A stretch of 64,000 nt of DNA. Origin: Nitrospirales bacterium (GTDB lineage Bacteria > Nitrospirota > Nitrospiria > Nitrospirales > UBA8639). The translations under genes and the position numbers were made by a program. Positions within the stretch are counted from its first letter, which is position 1; every line of letters starts with the position of its first letter. Shown piece by piece: positions 8,717 to 17,900 of the stretch. The notes under the pieces were generated by a model. The model ran no database searches and was not told where the DNA came from. It saw nothing but the letters and a program-made list of their open reading frames with translations. The DNA lies in contig CBDCWC010000003.1 of the NCBI GenBank assembly GCA_965223295.1, positions 1,152,001-1,216,000 of the forward strand. Reading direction: 5' to 3'.

Positions 8717-10659
8717 TCGAACAGAAATGACCCATTTGTAACGGCCTCGGGCGTTTCATCCCAAATAAGCTGCAGTATTTCATTCATAGACATGGTTCCC
8801 AGGTTTTTACTATTTCGCTGACGGATGGACACGGTCTCACTTTCGGCTTCCCGGTCACCCACCACAGCCATAAGAGGGACCTTGGCCTTTTCTGACTCAC
8901 GGATTTTAAGCCCAACTTTCTCATTTCGCAAGTCCAAAGACACCCGGCACCCTTGTTTACGGAGAATTTTACCAACCTTTTTGGCATAGTCCTCATGTTT
9001 TTGCGATATAGGCAGAACAGCAACCTGAACTGGAGCTAACCAGATTGGGAACGCTCCTCCATAATGTTCAAGGAGAATCCCAAAAAAGCGTTCGATTGAA
9101 CCTAATAAGGCACGGTGGATCATTATGGGTTGGTGCGTCTTTCCATCTTCGCCAATATAGGTCAGACCAAACCGCTCCGGATTATTAAAATCGACTTGCA
9201 CCGTGGAACATTGCCAGGACCGTCCCAGGGCATCTTGAATTTTGACATCAATCTTTGGCCCATAAAAGACCCCTTCCCCGGGATCTTCTTCATAAGCATA
9301 GCCCCCCTCCTTCAGTGCCGTGGCTAATGCCTCTGTAGCTTGGTCCCACTGCTCAATCGAACCGACAGCCTTTTCAGGTCGCGTCGAAAGATACATTTGG
9401 AATTCGCTGAAGCCGAAGGTCCCTAACATTAAGGTCGTAAATTTCAGGACCTGGCGAACTTCCTCAGCCAGTTGATCGGGACGGCAAAACAGATGCGCAT
9501 CATCTTGCGTAAACCCGCGTACACGCATCAGGCCATGCAGCACTCCAGACCGTTCATAGCGATAGACCGTTCCCAATTCTCCATAGCGAATGGGTAAATC
9601 CCGATAACTCCGCAAATGCGATTTATAGACCATGATATGAAACGGGCAGTTCATGGGCTTGAGCTGATATTCACTGGATTCCACCGGCATGGAGGCATAC
9701 ATATTCTCTCGATAAAAATCGACATGTCCACTGGTCTTCCAAAGGTCTAGACGCGCCACATGCGGGGAATACACAAGCTCATAGTCGTTAGCCACATGCT
9801 GTGCCCGCCAAAAATTTTCGACGAGTAGGCGGATCTGCGATCCTTTGGGATGCCAGAGAATCAATCCAGGACCGGTTTCATCTTGAATACTAAATAGGTC
9901 TAGCTCTTTGCCTAATTTTCGATGGTCCCGTTTCTTAATTTCTTCCAGATTATCTAAATGCTGTTGTAAGGCATCTTTTGAAGGGAAGGACGTGCCATAA
10001 ATACGCTGCAACATGGGATTGCGTTCGTCTCCACGCCAATACGCTCCAGCACTGTTCAGAATCTTGAACGCTTTCACATAGCCAGTGGAAGGGAGATGAG
10101 GGCCGCGACAGAGATCGATGAAGTCACCCTGACAATAGGCTGAAACGGGTTCGTCATCTGGAAACCCTTCGATGATTTCAACTTTGTAGGCCTCACCACG
10201 GTTTTTAAAAAACTCAATAGCTTCGTCTTTTTTGAATTCCCGACGAGACACCGTGAGGTTACGCTGAATAATGTCTGTGGCCTGGTCTTCAATTTTTTCC
10301 AAATCTTCCGGAGTAAATGGGCGATCAAAAGCAAAATCATAGAAAAACCCATTTTCAATGGCTGGCCCTATCGTCATTTGGGCGGTAGGGAAACATTCTT
10401 TCACGGCTTGGGCCATAATATGCGTGCTGCTATGACGATAGACCTCTTTCCCTTCGGGGGAATCAAATGTGAGCGGTTCCAATGTGGCATCTTCCTCGAC
10501 CGCTGCCACTAAATCTCGTTCGACGCCATTCACTTTCACGGCAAACATATCCTTTGATCGAAATCTACCAAGTTTGATCAACGCATCCTTGGCAGACGTG
10601 CCTTTGGGAAAGGCTTGGGGTTCCTTACCCGGAACGGATAGCTGAATGGTGTCCGTCAT
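8713..10659 (-). CDS. thrS: Threonyl-tRNA synthetase
   Basis: TGS domain, RHSSTH, DLCRGPH, RDHRKLG, KPMNCP, IHRA; start moved to MTDTIQ because the longer ORF runs into a hairpin. Confidence 0.96.
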   Translation of the reverse strand: MTDTIQLSVPGKEPQAFPKGTSAKDALIKLGRFRSKDMFAVKVNGVERDLVAAVEEDATLEPLTFDSPEGKEVYRHSSTHIMAQAVKECFPTAQMTIGPAIENGFFYDFAFDRPFTPEDLEKIEDQATDIIQRNLTVSRREFKKDEAIEFFKNRGEAYKVEIIEGFPDDEPVSAYCQGDFIDLCRGPHLPSTGYVKAFKILNSAGAYWRGDERNPMLQRIYGTSFPSKDALQQHLDNLEEIKKRDHRKLGKELDLFSIQDETGPGLILWHPKGSQIRLLVENFWRAQHVANDYELVYSPHVARLDLWKTSGHVDFYRENMYASMPVESSEYQLKPMNCPFHIMVYKSHLRSYRDLPIRYGELGTVYRYERSGVLHGLMRVRGFTQDDAHLFCRPDQLAEEVRQVLKFTTLMLGTFGFSEFQMYLSTRPEKAVGSIEQWDQATEALATALKEGGYAYEEDPGEGVFYGPKIDVKIQDALGRSWQCSTVQVDFNNPERFGLTYIGEDGKTHQPIMIHRALLGSIERFFGILLEHYGGAFPIWLAPVQVAVLPISQKHEDYAKKVGKILRKQGCRVSLDLRNEKVGLKIRESEKAKVPLMAVVGDREAESETVSIRQRNSKNLGTMSMNEILQLIWDETPEAVTNGSFLFE

Positions 10660-10686
10660 TCTTCGACTTAGATATATGGTTGAAGC

Positions 10687-10732
10687 AATAAAAGGCACCT
10701 CTCCCATTTTCACAAGGAAGCCGGATGCCTTT
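10687..10732 (-). terminator. Hairpin with short U-tract between tRNA-Val and thrS
   Basis: Minus strand AAAGGCATC...GGTGCCTTT followed by TATT. Confidence 0.55.
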
Positions 10733-10749
10733 ACCAATGTACAGGGAAA

Positions 10750-10824
10750 TGGTAGGCGCGGGCGGTATTGAACCGCCGACCTCTACCGTGTCAAGGTAGC
10801 GCTCTCCCCCTGAGCTACGCGCCT
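10750..10824 (-). tRNA. tRNA-Val(GAC)
   Basis: AGGCGCGTAGCTCAGGGGGAGAGCG CTACC-TTGACAC-GGTAG AGGTCGGCGGTTCAATACCGCCCGCGCCTACCA; cloverleaf with encoded CCA. Confidence 0.97.
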
Positions 10825-10840
10825 ATATTTTACTCGACTT

Positions 10841-10869
10841 ATGCTAGTCTGCCAAGGCAGCCATGTCAA
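10841..10869 (-). promoter_or_regulatory. Sigma70-type promoter for tRNA-Val
   Basis: TTGACA-17 bp-TAGCAT, 16 bp upstream of the tRNA. Confidence 0.75.
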
Positions 10870-10902
10870 GAAAGCCTTGTTAAATAAAGGGAAAGCAGAT
10901 GC

Positions 10903-11547
10903 TCAAGCGGAGGGATCTTGTACCGACCGCTTCCGTTTTCCCGGAGCGGTTTGTTTGGCTTGACTCACGGAGATATCAAATTCTGTAATTTTTTTTCTCA
11001 AGGTATTTCGATTTAATCCTAGTAAACGAGCCGCTTTAATCTGATTGCCATGGGTTTCGCGTAAGGCCATTTCAATGAGTGGCCGTTCAACGGCACGCAT
11101 CAAAGTGGGATACAAATTTTTTCCAGATCCCATATTCATCGCACGGACAAAGTCCCCAATTTTTTGTTCCACGTAACTGGCTAAGCTGACATCTTTGGGA
11201 TCAACGGAGGCCTCTTGAGTTCCTGAGGCTCCCATCACCTGTGGAATCTGGCCTAACGTGCGCCATGCTGGCAACGGTCCCGCATACACAAATGTCTTGG
11301 ATAAATTTAACTGGCCATTCAACTCAGAGAGATTTGGCAGAACATCCGTACTCGGTTCATCTAAGATCACGCCCGTGAAATCTTCCGCATCCATGACGGA
11401 TTCTAATGATGAACAATTATCGACCACCTTGACTCGATCTTGAAGGTCACGTTGAGAAACCCGAGATTTCAAGTCAGGATCGTTGGTCAGAAGAGCAAAG
11501 CGAAGTGGTGTGGCGTGAGATGACATGATGGATTCGTTGAGAGACAA
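10903..11547 (-). CDS. Fis-family helix-turn-helix protein with N-terminal extension
   Basis: C-terminal VERPLIEMALRETHGNQIKAARLLGLNRNTLRKKI; start uncertain. Confidence 0.8.
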   Translation of the reverse strand: MSLNESIMSSHATPLRFALLTNDPDLKSRVSQRDLQDRVKVVDNCSSLESVMDAEDFTGVILDEPSTDVLPNLSELNGQLNLSKTFVYAGPLPAWRTLGQIPQVMGASGTQEASVDPKDVSLASYVEQKIGDFVRAMNMGSGKNLYPTLMRAVERPLIEMALRETHGNQIKAARLLGLNRNTLRKKITEFDISVSQAKQTAPGKRKRSVQDPSA

Positions 11548-11612
11548 AGAACGGCGATTATGTCGAAACGCTTGATAAGTTTCAATTGAGAGAATTGCCT
11601 AGGTTGAGCTTC

Positions 11613-13112
11613 TCATTCTCCCAATCCTAATAAAGGACACAATATGCGCAAGAGAGACCAAATTACGATACCGCCAATGACATCCAACAACAGTCCAGCT
11701 TGCACCATACGCACAATCGGCACACGTCCTGTGCCATAGACAATGGCATTAGGCGGAGTGGATACGGGAAGGACAAACGCGAGACTCGCAGCCATACATG
11801 TACCCAAGACAGGAGGAACCGGAGAAAAATTTGCAGAATGGGCAATGGCAATCAACACGGGCACCAGCATACTTGTGGCCGCTGTGTTGGAAGCCAGTTC
11901 CGTTAAGACCAGCGCCGTCAGAATAGCGACGCCCATTAAACTCCAGACCGACTCTATACCAAACAAGCCAACCATACTTTGGCCAATCGTGTGGGCGAGT
12001 TCGGTCTTGACCATGAGTTCACCAAACGCAATGCCTCCACCAAACAATAAAATCGTTCCCCAATGAATATTGGCCGCTTGTTTCCATGTAAGGACGAATG
12101 TCCCCTCGTGAAGATTTAACGGCAGCAGAAACAATAGGCCCGATGCAAAAATAGGAACAAGTTCTTTGGGAAGGTGGACTCGGACCCATTGGACAAACGC
12201 ATCGTCTGGTTCTAGCCAAATGGATAATAATGCTGGCAAGACCCATAAAAACACCGCTAAGAGAAAGACACCAAATGTGTAGGATTCTCCACGGGTCCAT
12301 GGCTCAGAAGGAGCCGTCGTCATGGTAAATGAATGATTAGCTGTTGATGCCAACGAAGAAGATGCATAGAGCCAATACAGCAAGGAAAACATCACGAGAA
12401 GCATAATTCCCGCCACGGGCAAACCCATTAACATCCACTGGTCAAACGAAATCGTTATATTCGCTTGTTCAGCCAGTAGTCCTATCCCAAGAAGATTAGG
12501 TGGCGTACCAATTAAGGTCGCGACGCCACCAATACCGGCTCCGTACGCCAAACACAGCAAAAAGCCCGTTTCAAACTTGCCGAGATCTTTTCCACTCTGC
12601 TGAAGGGCATTGAGCACCCCCAATGCAATAGGAAGCATGACTGCTGTAGCCGCCGTATTGCTAATCCACATCGACATGCCGGCCACTGCCAAACTCACCG
12701 CCATCATGATTCGAATAGGATTAGTACCTACCCATCTCCGGGAAAGGAGCCAATTGCCAAAGCGACGATCCAGACCATGGACCGTCAACGCCTCGGAAAT
12801 AAAAAAACTCCCAATAAACAAAAAAATAATGGGATGGGAAAACGCGGCAAAGACCGATTTCATGCTGTCTAAACCAGTCAATACACATAAGCCACAACCT
12901 AATAAAGCCGTGACGGGCAGAGGGATAGGTTCCGTAATCCACATCACCACCACCCACATCAATATCGCTGCCAAGGTACGCGCAGAACCAGAAAGCGAAG
13001 TTGGGAGAAACACAAACATCAATCCCGCAAGAACCGGAGCAATCAATAAACCTAAAAGATGAGGGGATGGTTTGGCTAAAGATCGAGAAGACAAGGAACT
13101 CATAGAGGCCAT
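11613..13112 (-). CDS. DASS (SLC13) family sodium:dicarboxylate/sulfate symporter
   Basis: WITEPIP, SMWISNTA, IGTPPN, TELASNTA, PVSTPPNAI; many transmembrane segments. Confidence 0.92.
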   Translation of the reverse strand: MASMSSLSSRSLAKPSPHLLGLLIAPVLAGLMFVFLPTSLSGSARTLAAILMWVVVMWITEPIPLPVTALLGCGLCVLTGLDSMKSVFAAFSHPIIFLFIGSFFISEALTVHGLDRRFGNWLLSRRWVGTNPIRIMMAVSLAVAGMSMWISNTAATAVMLPIALGVLNALQQSGKDLGKFETGFLLCLAYGAGIGGVATLIGTPPNLLGIGLLAEQANITISFDQWMLMGLPVAGIMLLVMFSLLYWLYASSSLASTANHSFTMTTAPSEPWTRGESYTFGVFLLAVFLWVLPALLSIWLEPDDAFVQWVRVHLPKELVPIFASGLLFLLPLNLHEGTFVLTWKQAANIHWGTILLFGGGIAFGELMVKTELAHTIGQSMVGLFGIESVWSLMGVAILTALVLTELASNTAATSMLVPVLIAIAHSANFSPVPPVLGTCMAASLAFVLPVSTPPNAIVYGTGRVPIVRMVQAGLLLDVIGGIVIWSLLRILCPLLGLGE

Positions 13113-13245
13113 GACGAGTAAGAACGATGATTTACTGTAACTAAGATTCTACAATCCAAGATCTACGGAATGTAGCAAGCATCATGGAAAATTCATAGTA
13201 CAAACATAAAATTCCCCTACCTAGAATCTTGTAAAAGACAATAAT

Positions 13246-13263
13246 AGTTCCTGACACCTTTAT
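13246..13263 (+). repeat. Short hairpin motif (consensus AAAGGT-TCCTGAC-ACCTTT), left edge of accessory island
   Basis: AGTTCCTGACACCTTTAT; related copies at 24172, 23443 (inverted, degenerate), 59714 (inverted) and 56995 (inverted, degenerate). Confidence 0.65.
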
Positions 13264-13278
13264 TAATTTATAGATCGT

Positions 13279-13809
13279 CTAGTTTTGCATTCTGACAATG
13301 AAACTTGCCAGTTGTTTGGCCCTCCTAACGAGATAGATGGCAATTCCTCCTATAACTAGGTGCCCCATAAATGCAAAGATCTGCCGCTCATAGATATTTT
13401 TTTGACTTTTTAAAAAGCTAAAGCTAAATCGATCATTCACAGAATCTTTTAGATCCAAAGGAAAAAGAAGGGAATTTACCCCATGCACTAGACCTGGCAG
13501 AACCATCCAGAATAATAGAACAATTCCGATGATACTGAAGGCTAGTCTATACCACTCATGGATTTGAATGGTCTCTGTTGATTCCGAGGTTTCGTCAGAA
13601 TTATATAGATAGCTGGCAATTATGGGGGCATACCGAAACAAAAGTCCTGCCATAATCCAAAAAATAATAGAAGGGATAAACAAAGGAAGGTAGGACCATG
13701 AAAAAAATATCTTCGCTGAGCAATAATTGAAAATGCCATTCAGGCCTCGAATGAAGGCATACAAACCCAGAATATTAAGGGCGACCTCAGTATATAGTTT
13801 TTGGTTCAT
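13279..13809 (-). CDS. Hypothetical membrane protein (about 4 TM)
   Basis: 176 aa, AT-rich, four hydrophobic segments; paralog immediately upstream. Confidence 0.75.
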   Translation of the reverse strand: MNQKLYTEVALNILGLYAFIRGLNGIFNYCSAKIFFSWSYLPLFIPSIIFWIMAGLLFRYAPIIASYLYNSDETSESTETIQIHEWYRLAFSIIGIVLLFWMVLPGLVHGVNSLLFPLDLKDSVNDRFSFSFLKSQKNIYERQIFAFMGHLVIGGIAIYLVRRAKQLASFIVRMQN

Positions 13810-13919
13810 CGGTGCTTGAAACTTCCTGTAAAAACAAAGGTATTTCTCTTTCTCAAAAAATATACTGTCGCCGCGACATTCACTCTTTACAAAGATTTAC
13901 TATAAATCATCAGGATTTT

Positions 13920-14460
13920 TCATTCGTGCGAATCTTGAAGTTTCAGAATGTATAGAGTGAGTCGTTTCGAATCGAATAACAAATACATGAAAGTTCCAGC
14001 TAGAAATAAAGTTAAGCCCCCATTAAATATCAATCTCCTCCACAAACCATCATTCGTATATACCTGGGCTATCTGAGTGGAAGTCGGTTCTAATAAAAGG
14101 AGAGACGCCGAGACCGTGGCACTGGATAGATAAATTGGAACGCTCCAGACGCTCAAAAATGCTCCGCAGAGAGAGTAGTGCTATGTGCCATTCTCGAATG
14201 TGACAATTGGGTGAAGGAAACTGTCCCTTCCCTCGATCGAATATTTCGCTAACTATTCCTGAAGAATGTTGGAGAAAAAACCACCCGAAGACCAAAAACA
14301 GGCAGGAAGCGGGGAGATCAGATCTTAAAAGCCCAATTGTTGAAAATACATTTGAAAATCCATGAAGACTCATGCTCTGGGAAATCTTGGCCACACCCTC
14401 GACTGAACTATAGAGACCCAGTATTTTTAGGATGATTTCTGTAAATCTCCTTGGGGACAT
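13920..14460 (-). pseudogene. Frameshifted paralog of 13279-13809
   Basis: ORFs 14050-14460 and 13920-14156 align to the N- and C-halves of the neighbour; break at (CT)4, 14168-14175. Confidence 0.75.
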
Positions 14461-14637
14461 AGGCTCCTATCTTTTCTTTCCCAGACATTTGGCCAAAATC
14501 TAACAGTAAGCTTGTTGCTACTACTATTATATGGCTCCTACTACTAAGACTACTGAATCGGGAAATTACCCATTTGTGCAATTAGGTAGTTAGGAGGGAA
14601 TACAATAACGATGCTCTATTATTTGCCGTTTATGTTA

Positions 14638-14752
14638 GGTCGGCGACAGGGGCTGAAGGTGCCTTCGAGGTTGGGTCGACGGGTCATACAATGCACACAT
14701 AATTCCTTACCGAATGATCTACCGCGCTGAAGGGGTTGACGAACGGCCTCCA
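14638..14752. ncRNA. Candidate structured RNA or DNA element, family unassigned
   Basis: GC-rich patch in an AT-rich spacer with nested pairing GTCGGC/GTCGAC and TGAAGG/CCTTCG. Confidence 0.3.
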
Positions 14753-14845
14753 ATTCCTCTTCAGAGATGTAGAAGGAGTAGGAAGAAATGAGACTGTTTA
14801 AAGGTAACTCAAATAAGAACTATTGAATCAGTACCATAGATATCC

Positions 14846-14882
14846 GGCACGAGGTCCACGACACAATTTCGGCCCTCGTGCC
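14846..14882 (-). terminator. Hairpin downstream of the PASTA-repeat gene
   Basis: GGCACGAGG...CCTCGTGCC perfect 9-bp stem, 18 bp after the stop; no clear U-tract. Confidence 0.5.
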
Positions 14883-14900
14883 AAGACAACCTCAGTGCAT

Positions 14901-17900
14901 TTACGGACTTTGGAGATTACAGCGAGCCGTGTTGCCAATGATATTATTGGGGCCATTAATCAAAAAGCCCTCACAATCATTACTGGTATTCCCTTGAAGA
15001 GTCGTCCCTTGAAGCTGCACCGTCGGAGCTTGAACCCCAGGGAACAGATCGCCCGGATGCAAGAATTTGTAGATCCCGCCACCCCCACCTAACGCCTGAT
15101 TGCCAGTCATGGAGGCATTCGTCACGCTGACATTGGCATTACCCGTGCTGAGACCGCCGCCAAAGTTCGCCTGATTATTGAGAAATTGTGAATTGCCGGA
15201 TATGGTGACGGTACCGTCTTGGGCCTGAACACCACCGCCACGACCTTCGGAAATATTATTCCTCACAATTGTCTCACTGATCACAAGCGTACCATCTAAG
15301 TGACTCAGCCCGCCGCCACTTCCGGCTGATTGGTTACCGGTGATGACACTATCCTCTACTGTGAGGTTTCCAGCAACATTCCGTATTCCGCCTCCAGTCG
15401 AGTTGTTAATGTTACCCCCTTGAATGGTGACTCCCGTAATGGTGACTGTAGGACTGCCTTGAGGAATATCAAAAACCCTATCTAGTCCACCGCCTAAAAT
15501 AATGACCGTAGACGGATTCCCCGAGCTGCTCGTGATTGTGAGATTATCAGTGATGTCAAGATCGCCTGTTGAGCCAGAATCTTCGTCCTGTCCCGGGAGA
15601 CTTATGGTGTAGGTGCCGGAAGGAAGCGTAATGGTCTGAGCACCGTCGAGGGCATTCGATTCCTGAACAGCCGCTCTAAGTGTACAGACACCATTTCCGT
15701 TTTGAGTTTCGCAAACTTGGTTTCCAGGATTCGCGTCAGCACCGTCATCGAACGTATTCACTCCCGTAGTATTTATCCCACTAGAGACCACCAGGTTCAC
15801 ATTCGAGCCTGGGGCCACGCTGGCCCCCGCCGTGGGGTTCTGACTGATGACATTGCCCGCCGCTACATTCCCACTGGCCTGTTGCGTGACATTGCCCACA
15901 CTGAGGTTTGCACCACTGAGGGTATTCCCGGCAGCTCCCTGTGTTTGCCCGACTACATTCGGCACCGTCACCTGGGCCGGGCCACTAGAGACCACCAGGT
16001 TCACATTCGAGCCCGGGGCCACGCTGGCCCCCGCCGTGGGGTTCTGACTGATGACATTGCCCGCCGCTACATTCCCACTGGCCTGTTGCGTGACATTGCC
16101 CACACTGAGGTTTGCACCACTGAGGGTATTCCCGGCAGCTCCCTGTGTTTGCCCGACTACATTCGGCACCGTCACCTGGGCCGGGCCACTAGAGACCACC
16201 AGGTTCACATTCGAGCCCGGGGCCACGCTGGCCCCCGCCGTGGGGTTCTGACTGATGACATTGCCCGCCGCTACATTCCCACTGGCCTGTTGCGTGACAT
16301 TGCCCACACTGAGGTTTGCACCACTGAGGGTATTCCCGGCAGCTCCCTGTGTTTGCCCGACTACATTCGGCACCGTCACCTGGGCCGGGCCACTAGAGAC
16401 CACCAGGTTCACATTCGAGCCCGGGGCCACGCTGGCCCCCGCCGTGGGGTTCTGACTGATGACATTGCCCGCCGCTACATTCCCACTGGCCTGTTGCGTG
16501 ACATTGCCCACACTGAGGTTTGCACCACTGAGGGTATTCCCGGCAGCTCCCTGTGTTTGCCCGACTACATTCGGCACCGTCACCTGGGCCGGGCCACTAG
16601 AGACCACCAGGTTCACATTCGAGCCCGGGGCCACGCTGGCCCCCGCCGTGGGGTTCTGACTGATGACATTGCCCGCCGCTACATTCCCACTGGCCTGTTG
16701 CGTGACATTGCCCACACTGAGGTTTGCACCACTGAGGGTATTCCCGGCAGCTCCCTGTGTTTGCCCGACTACATTCGGCACCGTCACCTGGGCCGGGCCA
16801 CTAGAGACCACCAGGTTCACATTCGAGCCCGGGGCCACGCTGGCCCCCGCCGTGGGGTTCTGACTGATGACATTGCCCGCCGCTACATTCCCACTGGCCT
16901 GTTGCGTGACATTGCCCACACTGAGGTTTGCACCACTGAGGGTATTCCCGGCAGCTCCCTGTGTTTGCCCGACTACATTCGGCACCGTCACCTGGGCCGG
17001 GCCACTAGAGACCACCAGGTTCACATTCGAGCCCGGGGCCACGCTGGCCCCCGCCGTGGGGTTCTGACTGATGACATTGCCCGCCGCTACATTCCCACTG
17101 GCCTGTTGCGTGACATTGCCCACACTGAGGTTTGCACCACTGAGGGTATTCCCGGCAGCTCCCTGTGTTTGCCCGACTACATTCGGCACCGTCACCTGGG
17201 CCGGGCCACTAGAGACCACCAGGTTCACATTCGAGCCCGGGGCCACGCTGGCCCCCGCCGTGGGGTTCTGACTGATGACATTGCCCGCCGCTACATTCCC
17301 ACTGGCCTGTTGCGTGACATTGCCCACACTGAGGTTTGCACCACTGAGGGTATTCCCGGCAGCTCCCTGTGTTTGCCCGACTACATTCGGGACAATGACC
17401 GGCTCGACAAACGTCGCAGTCACCTGTTGATCAGAACCCATCTCGACCGTGCATTGATTGCCCGACGTTGATAAACATCCCGTCCATCCAGAAAAGATTG
17501 ATAGCTGTCCGCCGTTGGGTCTTGTCGGGGTCGGGGTTAGTGTGACAGAGGTCGGTGGCTGGAGCAGATCATACTGAATCGTGCAATCGTTAAAACAATT
17601 TGTTTCCGACATATTCGGTCCCGGCCTAGCAGTGATCTGCCCTGTTCCGGTACCAGCGAAACTAACCGCAAGATTTGCAATGAATCCTCGCTCATATATA
17701 AGGAGACCAATCCCATTATGCGAGAAATTGGCTGTCACTAGATCGAGATCTTCATCTCCATCCAGATCTTCAATGTACAGCGCGTAGGGTACTTCATCGT
17801 CTTCTGAATCGAACAGCAAGTCTCGATTGGCCCCAGTATTCGGATCAACCTCACCATCAATGATTTTCTTGGGAAGGCCAGTTGTCGGAGTTGTCCTGTA

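Noticed and set aside
10660-10737. N-terminal extension of thrS in the ORF track
   Set aside because: Overlaps the post-tRNA hairpin and does not resemble ThrRS; similar over-long starts were trimmed for several other genes
10750-10824. tRNA-Val as an island integration site
   Set aside because: No duplicated tRNA 3' end or integrase seen in the window
14649-14690. GGGGCTGA...TCGACGGG as a tmRNA 5' end
   Set aside because: Spacing is wrong and no T-arm/CCA 3' end or tag frame follows
14655-14760. c-di-AMP or glycine riboswitch call
   Set aside because: Only fragments resemble either consensus; left unassigned
15778-17390. Tandem array as CRISPR
   Set aside because: No unique spacers, the unit is an in-frame protein domain, and there are no cas genes
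15702-17471. 589-aa + strand ORF and seven identical 66-aa ORFs
   Set aside because: Antisense shadows of the 204-bp PASTA array; one stop-free unit repeats automatically
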